Below the pieces are notes generated by a model that saw only the letters and a list, made by a program, of their open reading frames with translations, was not told the DNA's origin and did no database searches. The translations under genes were made by a program, and so were the position numbers. Below are positions 39,483-48,562 of a DNA stretch of 64,000 nucleotides, piece by piece (the first letter of the stretch is position 1; every line of letters begins with the position of its first letter). The stretch is taken from the NCBI GenBank assembly GCA_963819815.1, contig CAWFXL010000001.1, positions 1,120,001-1,184,000 on the forward strand. Reading direction: 5' to 3'. The DNA is from an uncultured bacterium. GTDB taxonomy: Bacteria > Babelota > Babeliae > Babelales > Babelaceae.

Positions 39483-41639
39483 CTATTTTGTTACGGGAAC
39501 TTCTTCATAGCATTCTACACGATCATCGGGCTCAAAATCACTAAACCCTTCTATCATGAAACCACATTCAAATCCCGAGTGAACTTCTTTCACTGCTTTC
39601 TTTTCACGTTGGAGACTCTTAATAGGGCCTTCACCAATCTTTTCCTTACCGCGGTACACCTTTACCTTACCATTACGTGTAAAGCGCCCTTCACGTACAA
39701 TAGAACCCGCAATAACACCAAGATTCTTAATATCAAATACCTTGAGTACTGTTGCTTCACCAATTTTCTTGGTAACCATTTCAACAGGTTTGCCTGATTC
39801 TAAGAGCGCCTCAACTTCTTCTATCAGCTTATAGATGATATCGAAGGTTTTAATGACGACACCTTTTTTGTGCACAAGATCCATGGCATTAGGTTGCACT
39901 TTTACTCCGAACCCATAAATATAGGCTCCTGTATCGGCTGCAAGCATAACATCACTTTCAGTAATATCCCCTACGCCAGACTGAATAATTGAAATAGCAC
40001 CATGTTTAGAAGTTAGACGGGAAAGAGATGCTGCAACTGCCTCGCGCGATGACACATTATCAGTTTTGAGAATAATATCGATATCTGCTTCTCGAGAAGC
40101 ACCAGCTTTGCGCAGCAGTAAGTCAGCTCGCTGCTGAGCAGCAGGGATGCCTTTTTTAATAACTTTTGACGTATGTACCTCAAAAAGATCCCCCGAATGA
40201 GGAAGCTCTGAAAATCCTGCAACTTGCACAGGCACCGAAGGTCCTACTTTTTGTACCCTTTTACCATCAGAAGTAACGAGAGAACTTACACGCCCCGTTG
40301 CTTCACCAGCAATAAAATAATCGCCAACCTTAAGAACACCATGCTGACAAATAACTGTGGCTACTGGGCCTCGACCCTTTTCAAATTTTGATTCTAAGAT
40401 GTACCCGCGAGCTGGAACCGTAACATTCGCCTTAAGATCCATAACTTGAGACTGGAGCACCAGCACATCAAGAAGATCATCTACACCTTGTCCCGTTTTT
40501 GCTGAAATCGGCATGACAATAGTCTGTCCGCCCCATTCTTCGGGAACCAAGTTATGACGCGCAAGTTGACTTTTAACCGCTTCTATTTGAGCAGGAGATG
40601 CTTTATCTATCTTGTTAATCGCTACAACCATAGGAATGCCAGCAGCTTTAGCTGCATTAATCGCTTCTTCTGTTTGAGGCATGATACCGTCATCTGCAGC
40701 TACAATGAGAATTGCAATGTCGGCCACTTTAATTCCACGTACACGTATTAACGAGAAAGCTTCATGGCCGGGTGTATCGAGGAAGATAACCCCGCCCTGT
40801 TTCGTCTTAACATCATACGCGCCTACATGTTGCGTTATGCCCCCTTTTTCACGAGAGGCTACACGTGTCTTACGGATAAAGTCTAGCAGAGTAGTTTTAC
40901 CATGGTCCACATGTCCTATCACAACTACTATAGGCAATCTTTCTTTCCATTCTCCAGCAGCCTCTTGAGAAACTAAGGGCATCTCTTTTGATTGCCGTGC
41001 TGTCTCTTTTTTTACCAAAGTAAGACCATGCACAGTAGCAAGGTCTCTAATTGTTGTTTCAGGTAAAAGCTGAGTCACCGGTGCTGCAATACCTTTCTTC
41101 AGGAGAGCAATAATAATTTCGCTTACAGGAACTCCCGCTGCTGCAGCAAAATCTCCTACCGTCATCGGCGCATCATATGCTGTTCCGGGCTCCAATCCAG
41201 GCTTCTTAGTTTCAGGTTGCTCAACAACCTTCTTTTGAATTACAGGAGTTGCAGCTTTCTGGACTGTCGGTTTAGCCTGTATGGTCGGTTGGCTGGGTTT
41301 TTGTGGAGCTTTTTTTTCTGGAGAAACTTTTTGAACTGGTTCCTGAGCGGCTTCTACTTTTTTAACTGGAGCTTTTTTAGCTTGTTCTTTTGGCTGTTCC
41401 TTAGATTCAGTCTTAGGAGATTCGATCTTAGGTTGTTCTTTTTGAGAAGCAGGTTCTTTGCTCACCGGTTTTTGGACCTTAGAACTTCCTTTGGTCATCA
41501 GCTTTTCTACGAGAGCCTGCGCTTCTGGCGGTACCAAGGCAATACTTGCCAAAGAATAGCCATGCTCCTTCAAAAGATCTATAAGCTCTTTATTGGTAAG
41601 GCCTAACTTCTTTGACAATTCATATACGCGTATCGCCAT
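39483..41639 (-). CDS. infB: Translation initiation factor IF-2
   Basis: [41 protein letters not shown]. Confidence 0.98.
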   Translation of the reverse strand: MAIRVYELSKKLGLTNKELIDLLKEHGYSLASIALVPPEAQALVEKLMTKGSSKVQKPVSKEPASQKEQPKIESPKTESKEQPKEQAKKAPVKKVEAAQEPVQKVSPEKKAPQKPSQPTIQAKPTVQKAATPVIQKKVVEQPETKKPGLEPGTAYDAPMTVGDFAAAAGVPVSEIIIALLKKGIAAPVTQLLPETTIRDLATVHGLTLVKKETARQSKEMPLVSQEAAGEWKERLPIVVVIGHVDHGKTTLLDFIRKTRVASREKGGITQHVGAYDVKTKQGGVIFLDTPGHEAFSLIRVRGIKVADIAILIVAADDGIMPQTEEAINAAKAAGIPMVVAINKIDKASPAQIEAVKSQLARHNLVPEEWGGQTIVMPISAKTGQGVDDLLDVLVLQSQVMDLKANVTVPARGYILESKFEKGRGPVATVICQHGVLKVGDYFIAGEATGRVSSLVTSDGKRVQKVGPSVPVQVAGFSELPHSGDLFEVHTSKVIKKGIPAAQQRADLLLRKAGASREADIDIILKTDNVSSREAVAASLSRLTSKHGAISIIQSGVGDITESDVMLAADTGAYIYGFGVKVQPNAMDLVHKKGVVIKTFDIIYKLIEEVEALLESGKPVEMVTKKIGEATVLKVFDIKNLGVIAGSIVREGRFTRNGKVKVYRGKEKIGEGPIKSLQREKKAVKEVHSGFECGFMIEGFSDFEPDDRVECYEEVPVTK

Positions 41640-41671
41640 ATTTTTTTTCCTTAAGTCATGCAACCAAAGAT

Positions 41672-42763
41672 CTATTCAGTTTCTTCCTGAGAAGACTCTT
41701 CATGCTGAACATCCTCGTCACTATCTTCAAAAAGCTCTTCCGCCGTGGTAGCTTCATTTTTAACCAGATTGAGCTGCATCCCGGTAAGCTGGGAAGCAAG
41801 AGCAATATTTTTGCCCATCTTACCAATAGCTACCGAGCGCTGATCCTCATCAACCCACACATTTGCCGTTTTGTCATCAAGAATCTCAACACGATTAACC
41901 TCGGCAGGCTTCAGTGATTTTCTAATAAGCTCTTCTTTCGAAGTTGTAGCCTCAATGATATCGATCTTCTCAGCGCCAAGCTCACGCAAGATAGGCTTAA
42001 TACGGGCTCCACCTACACCTACACAGGTCCCTACGGGGTCAATATTAGGATCATTTGAAGCAACCACAATCTTGGATTTGTAGCCTGGAGCTCGAACAAT
42101 CCGCTTAATTTCCACAAGTCCTTCAAAGATCTCGGGAACTTCAAGCTCAAAGAGCTTCATAAGAAACTCGGCTGAAGAACGATCGAGAATGAGCTGATTT
42201 TCATTACGAGGTTCCGTAAGCACCTCTTTCAATAAGGCACGAATCGAGTAGCCAACCACATACTTTTCTTCCGGGATCTGAAGAGATCTTGGTAAAAAGG
42301 CTAAAGCATCCTCAATTTTAACGGTGACCCCATGTCGGTCAGCCTTATGCACAACACCATGCACAATAGTGCCTTCTTTGGGCTTAAACTCATTATAGAT
42401 GGCTTCGTACTCAATTGAGCGAATCTTTTGAGCAATTATTTGCTTTGCTTTTAAGATTTCTATACGACCGATTGGCCCTTCAAAAGGCAGGGGCATCATG
42501 TCATCAAGATCTATATCTTTCTTAACAGCCCGCGCTTTTCGAAGACTTATTTCTGCCAAATCGTCTTCAACGTTTTGAACGACCTTTTTATCAACCGTAA
42601 CCTCTAACTCATCAGAGTTCTTATTGTAGGCAACGTTTAAAGGAAGGTCTGGATACCTTTTTTTGTAAGCAACAAGAAGACCTTCGCAAATGATAGCGCT
42701 TAACACTGATCGGTCAAGACCTCTTTCTTCAACGAGCTCTTCGATAACTTGGGAAAGTTTCAC
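41672..42763 (-). CDS. nusA: Transcription termination/antitermination factor NusA
   Basis: GRIEILKAKQ, LFELEVPEI, IDPVGTCVG..GARI, AIGKMGKNIALAS. Confidence 0.97.
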   Translation of the reverse strand: MKLSQVIEELVEERGLDRSVLSAIICEGLLVAYKKRYPDLPLNVAYNKNSDELEVTVDKKVVQNVEDDLAEISLRKARAVKKDIDLDDMMPLPFEGPIGRIEILKAKQIIAQKIRSIEYEAIYNEFKPKEGTIVHGVVHKADRHGVTVKIEDALAFLPRSLQIPEEKYVVGYSIRALLKEVLTEPRNENQLILDRSSAEFLMKLFELEVPEIFEGLVEIKRIVRAPGYKSKIVVASNDPNIDPVGTCVGVGGARIKPILRELGAEKIDIIEATTSKEELIRKSLKPAEVNRVEILDDKTANVWVDEDQRSVAIGKMGKNIALASQLTGMQLNLVKNEATTAEELFEDSDEDVQHEESSQEETE

Positions 42764-42884
42764 GTATTATGTTCCTTGTAAACAACTAAGAATACTTGAG
42801 CATTGGTCTAAGTGTACCAGATTTTTCTAAAAACAGAACTCAGTTCTTTACCTTGGGTGGCAAGATTTCTTCTTAATGAGACTC

Positions 42885-43120
42885 ACTAACTATAATATAT
42901 GTATAATAATAGTATATATAAATATAGTTATAGTAGGGGGAAGAATCTTGGTGGATAGGTCATGGGTTTTGTTCGAAATAATATCGATTGAATCTATATA
43001 TTCGTGCCATTTGGGAGTGGTGGTTATCTGGTGGGGACTAGGTGAATCTGTGGTGGACAACTCGGGGGCTTACTTTGTTATACACCACCTATCCCCATTT
43101 CATTCACCAGTTATTCACCT
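42885..43120. other. Probable chromosomal replication origin (oriC)
   Basis: AT-rich unwinding element with DnaA-trio-like CTA/TTA repeats, a G5 tract and nine DnaA-box-like 9-mers; apparent GC-skew switch across the locus. Confidence 0.8.
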
Positions 43121-43161
43121 TAGAAATCTTCTAAGGTTTTTCTTTTCCCGCCAAAGAGAAA

Positions 43162-43749
43162 CTATCTCGATTGCACGCTTAAAAGGGCATTTTTGAGTGT
43201 CTTGAAATCTTCAAGCCAGCTGAGAGCTTGGCTTTGGTTTCTCAATATATATGCCGGGTGGTAGGTCGGTATAATGGTGAATCCTTCCCACTCTAAGCTG
43301 GTTCCACGAAGCTTTGTGATCGAGCAAGGCTTACCAAGAAGATTATTGAGCGCAATCGAACCGAGTGGGCAGATAATCTTAGGCCGAATGATCTTAATTT
43401 GGTTATATAAGAAGAGGCCCATACAGGTAGCAGCCTCTTGGGGACTCGGAGCTCTATTATTAGGGGGCCTGCATTTGACGATATTGGTGATAAACACCTC
43501 AGATCGCTCAATGCCAACTTGTGCAAGAACGCGATTGAGCAGCTGGCCTGAGCGGCCAACAAATGGGCGACCTTGCTCATCTTCATCTCTTCCGGGTCCT
43601 TCTCCTATGAATAGGAGTTCGGCGTCAGCATTTCCTTCACCAAAGACGACATTTTTTCTTCCGGTAAATCCTAGGTGACACTCTTTACAGTTCTTATAGG
43701 GAGCATAGAGTGCTTTTAAAAGCTCTTCTTTGTATTCGCGTGGGTTCAT
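43162..43749 (-). CDS. Uracil-DNA glycosylase, family 4
   Basis: GEGPG..ED.QGRPFVG, NIVKCRPPNNR, YHPAY, Fe-S cysteines. Confidence 0.95.
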   Translation of the reverse strand: MNPREYKEELLKALYAPYKNCKECHLGFTGRKNVVFGEGNADAELLFIGEGPGRDEDEQGRPFVGRSGQLLNRVLAQVGIERSEVFITNIVKCRPPNNRAPSPQEAATCMGLFLYNQIKIIRPKIICPLGSIALNNLLGKPCSITKLRGTSLEWEGFTIIPTYHPAYILRNQSQALSWLEDFKTLKNALLSVQSR

Positions 43750-43831
43750 TGTGGCTACGTTTTGTGTGAGGAATATATCCTTTTCCTCTTATCATAGCAG
43801 AAAGCAAGCATGAGGACTAGCGGTCTTTTGG

Positions 43832-45193
43832 TTATTGGGAGTTTACAAATTCTTGAAGAAATGTGAGCCAATGGGTACGTTGTGCAAAGCTATTTGTTTT
43901 ATACGATTTATGAATCAAAAATTCAGGGAAGTAAATCGATATACCTGAGGCATGTTCATGTTTATTGCCTACCTCATTTGCTTTAACCGCTTTTTTAATG
44001 ATGGTTAGCCCCTCGTGAAGAATAGCAGTAAGTTCCTGCTTAAATACATCTGAATTCTCTCCTTTTAAGGTACATATATCGACGTTGATTAGAAGATTTG
44101 CATACAGGCTACCTAGGTCAAGGTACGTTGGTTCATTAAAGCGAATGCAGTTTTTTTTATGTCTGCTTAATCGTATTGCTTCTTTGACTGATCTTTGTTT
44201 TTGATGGGTAAGTCCGTAGCTTAAACAGCGTGCCAGGCTATCAATATTGGTCTCGAGGGCTTGAGCATGGGAGAGATCGATCGCCGCATGGGTATAAAAG
44301 TCGATTTTAGGGCTATAGTACTCCCTGTATGCCTGCACAAAATGGCGAGCAAGTTCCTCTCCGCAGCAGATCTGATTACGTACAAGAGGCTCTACAATAT
44401 GGTCATATTGATATCCTAGTCCTAGTTCAACTTCCTGTGAAGCGACAAAAAAGTTTGCAAAGGGATGAAGTCCAGTAAAGATTTCGATTCCTGACATTAA
44501 GCAAGCATCGCAGGCAATGATGCTAAACTTCTTATGTATTACCTGTTGTGAAATATACTCGATTGCATCAGTTAAATCTTTGGTGGTAAGGTAGTGACCT
44601 GTAGAATCATCGAAACATATTCCTTTAGGTTCATTATAGGAACCTTCACCTGGAGAAAAACGGTCAATGTAACCTATTGACTGGTCAAGATCGATTTTGC
44701 CTGATCGCTCATCGACATGCCATAATTCCCATTGACGTATGTATGGTGCAACCATAGGTTCTAATGTACCCGTACCATGATTCGATAAGACAAGTACTAC
44801 TTCATCTGCAGGGAACTGCTCATATGCCATAGAAGCGGCATTAATGAGTGTTTCTTTTTTTCCACTATCCATGGGGCTATCACTGCCTACGGGTAGAAGT
44901 TTGTCTTTTTCAACGAAAAAATTCTTGGTAACAAGGGGCTCATCGCTCTTTTGTAAGTCTAAGTGCACAAAAAGTTTTACTCGGTCAGATGCGCCTAAAT
45001 TAAGCAGCTGACGTATATGAGCTTCAGCATACAATGAAAGATCATTGCGAGCTGCCATGTAGATAATTACCAAGACCGACTTTGTAGGAGGCTTCCTATA
45101 TAAGCGATATTCGTCATGAGCAAAGATTCGAGTGCCTTCTGGGCATGCCGTTATCCAAAGAATTATCAAAATGAGTTTATTTGCTTTCATCAT
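43832..45193 (-). CDS. Clostripain-like cysteine peptidase (C11), secreted
   Basis: IYMAARNDL, NHGTG catalytic His, DACLM catalytic Cys, VASQE, GISIYFP. Confidence 0.88.
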   Translation of the reverse strand: MMKANKLILIILWITACPEGTRIFAHDEYRLYRKPPTKSVLVIIYMAARNDLSLYAEAHIRQLLNLGASDRVKLFVHLDLQKSDEPLVTKNFFVEKDKLLPVGSDSPMDSGKKETLINAASMAYEQFPADEVVLVLSNHGTGTLEPMVAPYIRQWELWHVDERSGKIDLDQSIGYIDRFSPGEGSYNEPKGICFDDSTGHYLTTKDLTDAIEYISQQVIHKKFSIIACDACLMSGIEIFTGLHPFANFFVASQEVELGLGYQYDHIVEPLVRNQICCGEELARHFVQAYREYYSPKIDFYTHAAIDLSHAQALETNIDSLARCLSYGLTHQKQRSVKEAIRLSRHKKNCIRFNEPTYLDLGSLYANLLINVDICTLKGENSDVFKQELTAILHEGLTIIKKAVKANEVGNKHEHASGISIYFPEFLIHKSYKTNSFAQRTHWLTFLQEFVNSQ

Positions 45194-45497
45194 ATTCTCC
45201 CTTATTGCTTTCAGTATATTAAATATATATTTGAAATATCAATGATAATTATTTTTTTATTTTTAAATTAATTATGAAATTGATTATAGGTCTGAAGCGC
45301 GGGAAACAGTCCATTTAGAGAAGTTTTCTCAAAGTTTCACCTTAAGTTCTATCATGATGCTAATGGAAATAATATGGATGTTAAAATTTAATTAACGTGC
45401 CTTCTTCGGTGGGTTAGATATGTTGGAAATCCTTAGCAGATGAATGGTGAAATCATGGCGAATCAAGCAGATCGCTTGCTCAACCGAGAAATATTGA

Positions 45498-46652
45498 TCA
45501 TTCGTGAGTGATTGGTTTATTGAGTGCACCTATCGCTATAGAGCACTTATGCTGATAATATGCCTCCTGCCACCAGGCAAGAGCACAGGTTAATCCAAAG
45601 CTCAATTGAAAATCGAGAAAAAAAAGCTGATAAGGGTTGTTAAGCAACACAATCAGGGTTGTCAGGGCGAGTATATGGAGTATTCTTGGTGTTCGTCCTA
45701 TGTATATAAAACATTGATAACAAAGCCATGCTATACATGCTCGTATGAATGAGATGCTTGACCATGAAAGGAGGTAATAAAAGCCCAGGATAAGTAGTAG
45801 AATGATCTGGCTTAGTATCCAAGGAATGCAAAGGTAGACTAAAAAGGTTCTCCAGACTCCCATAAGGACCATAACGTGGAGGCCTGACCGTGCAAGGAAG
45901 TGGACAATGCCCCAGTAAGAAAAGATGCGACGTAGTTCCTGGTGATGGGTTGGTGCCTTACCCCCCATAAAAAGGGTAGAAAAAAGAGCACCTGCTTTTG
46001 GTGACATCTTATGCAGAAGATGTTTCATCATCCTTTCTCTCTTTTGTACGCACCATCTTCTTGGACTGAGCAAGGGGCGTGCCACACGTCTATATATAAA
46101 TCTATCGGAATAGATCGCAGTTACAATTCCTTCTTTAAAAAGGTACTTTTCATATGATGAATTGGTCATTCTTTTGCATGTAAGACCGTTGAATTGAATC
46201 TCATCGCCAGGCATTAGGGAGGGTTTTTTAAGGAGGTACAGCGTGATAACCCTACGTTCAGGAGCCTCCTTAAGCTTGTTGAAAGAAAGAATCCTGATGG
46301 TCAAACAGTTAGGATATCTTTTACCATGCTGAATTTCTTGATCTATGACAAGTGCCATTCCTGAAAGCGCTTGATGAGCATGATCCCGGAAAAATTGAGC
46401 GCTTGCCTGAAATGAAGCATTATAGCTGGTGAAACGATATGCTCCAGCTATAAAAAAGCTCAGAAGTATAAGGCAATGGGACCTTCTTTTGAGCCATAAA
46501 AAGCTTATAGTGGTTATGAAGATACCTCCAAGAATGGTATAGTTGATTGAAAGGATCGATGCACATAAGATGCCACCAATGCATGCCCAAGCACTTAAGA
46601 AGCTGAGCGCAATGGGCACAACTATTAAGCGCTGAGTGAAGTATTCTCTCAT
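45498..46652 (-). CDS. comEC: ComEC/Rec2 competence membrane protein (no beta-lactamase domain)
   Basis: GIVHFLARSGLH, S..RA, NPYQLF..FQLSF; start uncertain. Confidence 0.85.
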   Translation of the reverse strand: MREYFTQRLIVVPIALSFLSAWACIGGILCASILSINYTILGGIFITTISFLWLKRRSHCLILLSFFIAGAYRFTSYNASFQASAQFFRDHAHQALSGMALVIDQEIQHGKRYPNCLTIRILSFNKLKEAPERRVITLYLLKKPSLMPGDEIQFNGLTCKRMTNSSYEKYLFKEGIVTAIYSDRFIYRRVARPLLSPRRWCVQKRERMMKHLLHKMSPKAGALFSTLFMGGKAPTHHQELRRIFSYWGIVHFLARSGLHVMVLMGVWRTFLVYLCIPWILSQIILLLILGFYYLLSWSSISFIRACIAWLCYQCFIYIGRTPRILHILALTTLIVLLNNPYQLFFLDFQLSFGLTCALAWWQEAYYQHKCSIAIGALNKPITHE

Positions 46653-46840
46653 ATGTAAGATGCTTAACTGGCACATGAAGATGGGTGGGGAGGAGGGGTA
46701 TGGTACTAGAGTAGTTACGTGAGAAAAAACGTCAAGCAAGGATAGATAGAGATCTGAGGGAGGGGAAATATCTTGTAGGAGAAGCTGTTGGAGAAGTTAG
46801 AGATCGGTTATTCTCAGCTTTTTTGAAAATTTTTTTACAG

Positions 46841-46919
46841 AACAGCCGTCTGTTTTGGATGATTATTGGTTAAAACAGACGGCTGTTTTATGGGAAAACC
46901 CTCAGAACAGCCGTCTGTT
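46841..46919. promoter_or_regulatory. Three copies of quasi-palindromic AACAGCCGTCTGTT in alternating orientation
   Basis: Exact 14-mers at 46841-46854 (+), 46874-46887 (-) and 46906-46919 (+). Confidence 0.65.
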
Positions 46920-46982
46920 CTTGAAATTTTGAGAATTTCAGATACACTTTACCCTTGAATTTATAAAGTATTCAGCCATTGC

Positions 46983-48368
46983 ATGGGGAGCAAGATGTAT
47001 AGAACGAGCCTGCCTTTCTTGAAAAATTGGCTTTCACACCCTGATCGCAAGCCTCTGGTGATTCGCGGTGCACGTCAAGTTGGAAAAACCTGGCTTGTTA
47101 GGAAACTGGCTGAAGCTGAGGGAAAGAAACTTATTGAAATTAACTTTGAAACTCATCCATCACGTATAAGCCTTTTTGAACCTGAAGATGTGAGTCGTAT
47201 ATTTTTTAATATTGAAGCAGCCTTTAAAGAGTCATTTGATTCGCATAAAAGCATCTTGTTTATCGACGAAATTCAAGCAGCTCCTCATGTTTTTGCAAAA
47301 TTACGAAGCTTTGCAGAAGAAATGGTGCAATTGCCCGTCATTGCAGCAGGCTCTCTTCTTGAGTTTATGCTTGAGGATCATGAGTTTAGTATGCCCGTTG
47401 GTCGCATTGAATATATGTATCTTGAACCATTTTCTTTTGAGGAATTCTTACTTGCGCGCAATGCGGGAAAGCTTGTTGAGTATCTCAAGCAGTATAGCTG
47501 GCATGAGGAGATACCACTTTTCATTCACAATGAGCTTATGACCTACATTAAAGAATATATGATTGTAGGGGGCTTACCTGCAGCAGTTAAGAGTTGGCAA
47601 TCGCATCAGTCCCTTCAACTTGTGAATCAAGTGCATCACAATCTCATTGGCACCTATAGAGATGATTTTCCGAAATATAGTAGAAAAATATCCGCAGCCC
47701 AGCTTAATGATGTTATGATGGCGGTGCCAAGACACTTGGGGCATAAAATTATGTACAGCAAAATCAATCCGGACATACCGGGCGCTATAGTTAAACAAGC
47801 GCTAACACTATTATGTGGCGCTAAACTCTGTTATAAAGTAAGAGGATGTCATGCTAATGGGATCCCTCTAGGCAGTGAGCTGCAGGAGGCATATCGCAAG
47901 GTGATCCTTGTCGATGTTGGCTTGTGCTCAACGACATTAGGGCTCTCTTTAGAGTACATGGCTTCAGTTAACGAGATAGATCTTTTTAACAAAGGAGGTA
48001 TAGCAGAGCAGCTTGCAGGACAGATTCTAAGAACCGTTAATCCGTATTATATTGAACCGGCACTATATTACTGGCATCGCGAGGAGTCTGGATCAAGTGC
48101 TGAAATAGATTATGTTGTGCAACATGGTAACAAAGTAGTTCCTATCGAAGTTAAGGCCGGTACCACAGGAACACTCAAATCTCTCCATGTTTTTATGGAG
48201 CTTAAAAAATCTAAGCTAGCAGTTCGTGTAAATTCTGGCGTACCAACGAAAACTGAAATATCGGTAAAAGGGTTACGGGGTACACCGGTGCAGTATACAC
48301 TTCTTTCAGTTCCCTTTTATCTCTTTGGCGAGGTACATCGATTGATTAAGAGCGCCGATGTACTTTAA
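46983..48368 (+). CDS. AAA_14-type ATP-binding protein with DUF4143 C-terminal domain
   Basis: GARQVGKT, FIDEIQ, AAGSLL, PVGR, GGLP, D.GL, AEIDY...PIEVKAG. Confidence 0.9.
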   Translation: MGSKMYRTSLPFLKNWLSHPDRKPLVIRGARQVGKTWLVRKLAEAEGKKLIEINFETHPSRISLFEPEDVSRIFFNIEAAFKESFDSHKSILFIDEIQAAPHVFAKLRSFAEEMVQLPVIAAGSLLEFMLEDHEFSMPVGRIEYMYLEPFSFEEFLLARNAGKLVEYLKQYSWHEEIPLFIHNELMTYIKEYMIVGGLPAAVKSWQSHQSLQLVNQVHHNLIGTYRDDFPKYSRKISAAQLNDVMMAVPRHLGHKIMYSKINPDIPGAIVKQALTLLCGAKLCYKVRGCHANGIPLGSELQEAYRKVILVDVGLCSTTLGLSLEYMASVNEIDLFNKGGIAEQLAGQILRTVNPYYIEPALYYWHREESGSSAEIDYVVQHGNKVVPIEVKAGTTGTLKSLHVFMELKKSKLAVRVNSGVPTKTEISVKGLRGTPVQYTLLSVPFYLFGEVHRLIKSADVL

Positions 48369-48562
48369 GATATCTCTTTTGTGAGTTTCCAGATGACAAA
48401 GCTGATGAGTTTCAAGATGAAAAAGATCATACAATTTGTTACCTCCGTTCATTTCTTATTCTTAACTTATTTGCTCAGGTTTGAATTAAAGGTAATAGTG
48501 CGCTATTCTTGGTAGACAATCATTATTATTTAGTGAGCGCACAGCATGCGCGTAGGATGCAT

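Noticed and set aside
42876..43196. 106-aa plus-strand ORF
   Set aside because: It overlies the predicted oriC elements and overlaps the udg 3' end; no protein-like features.
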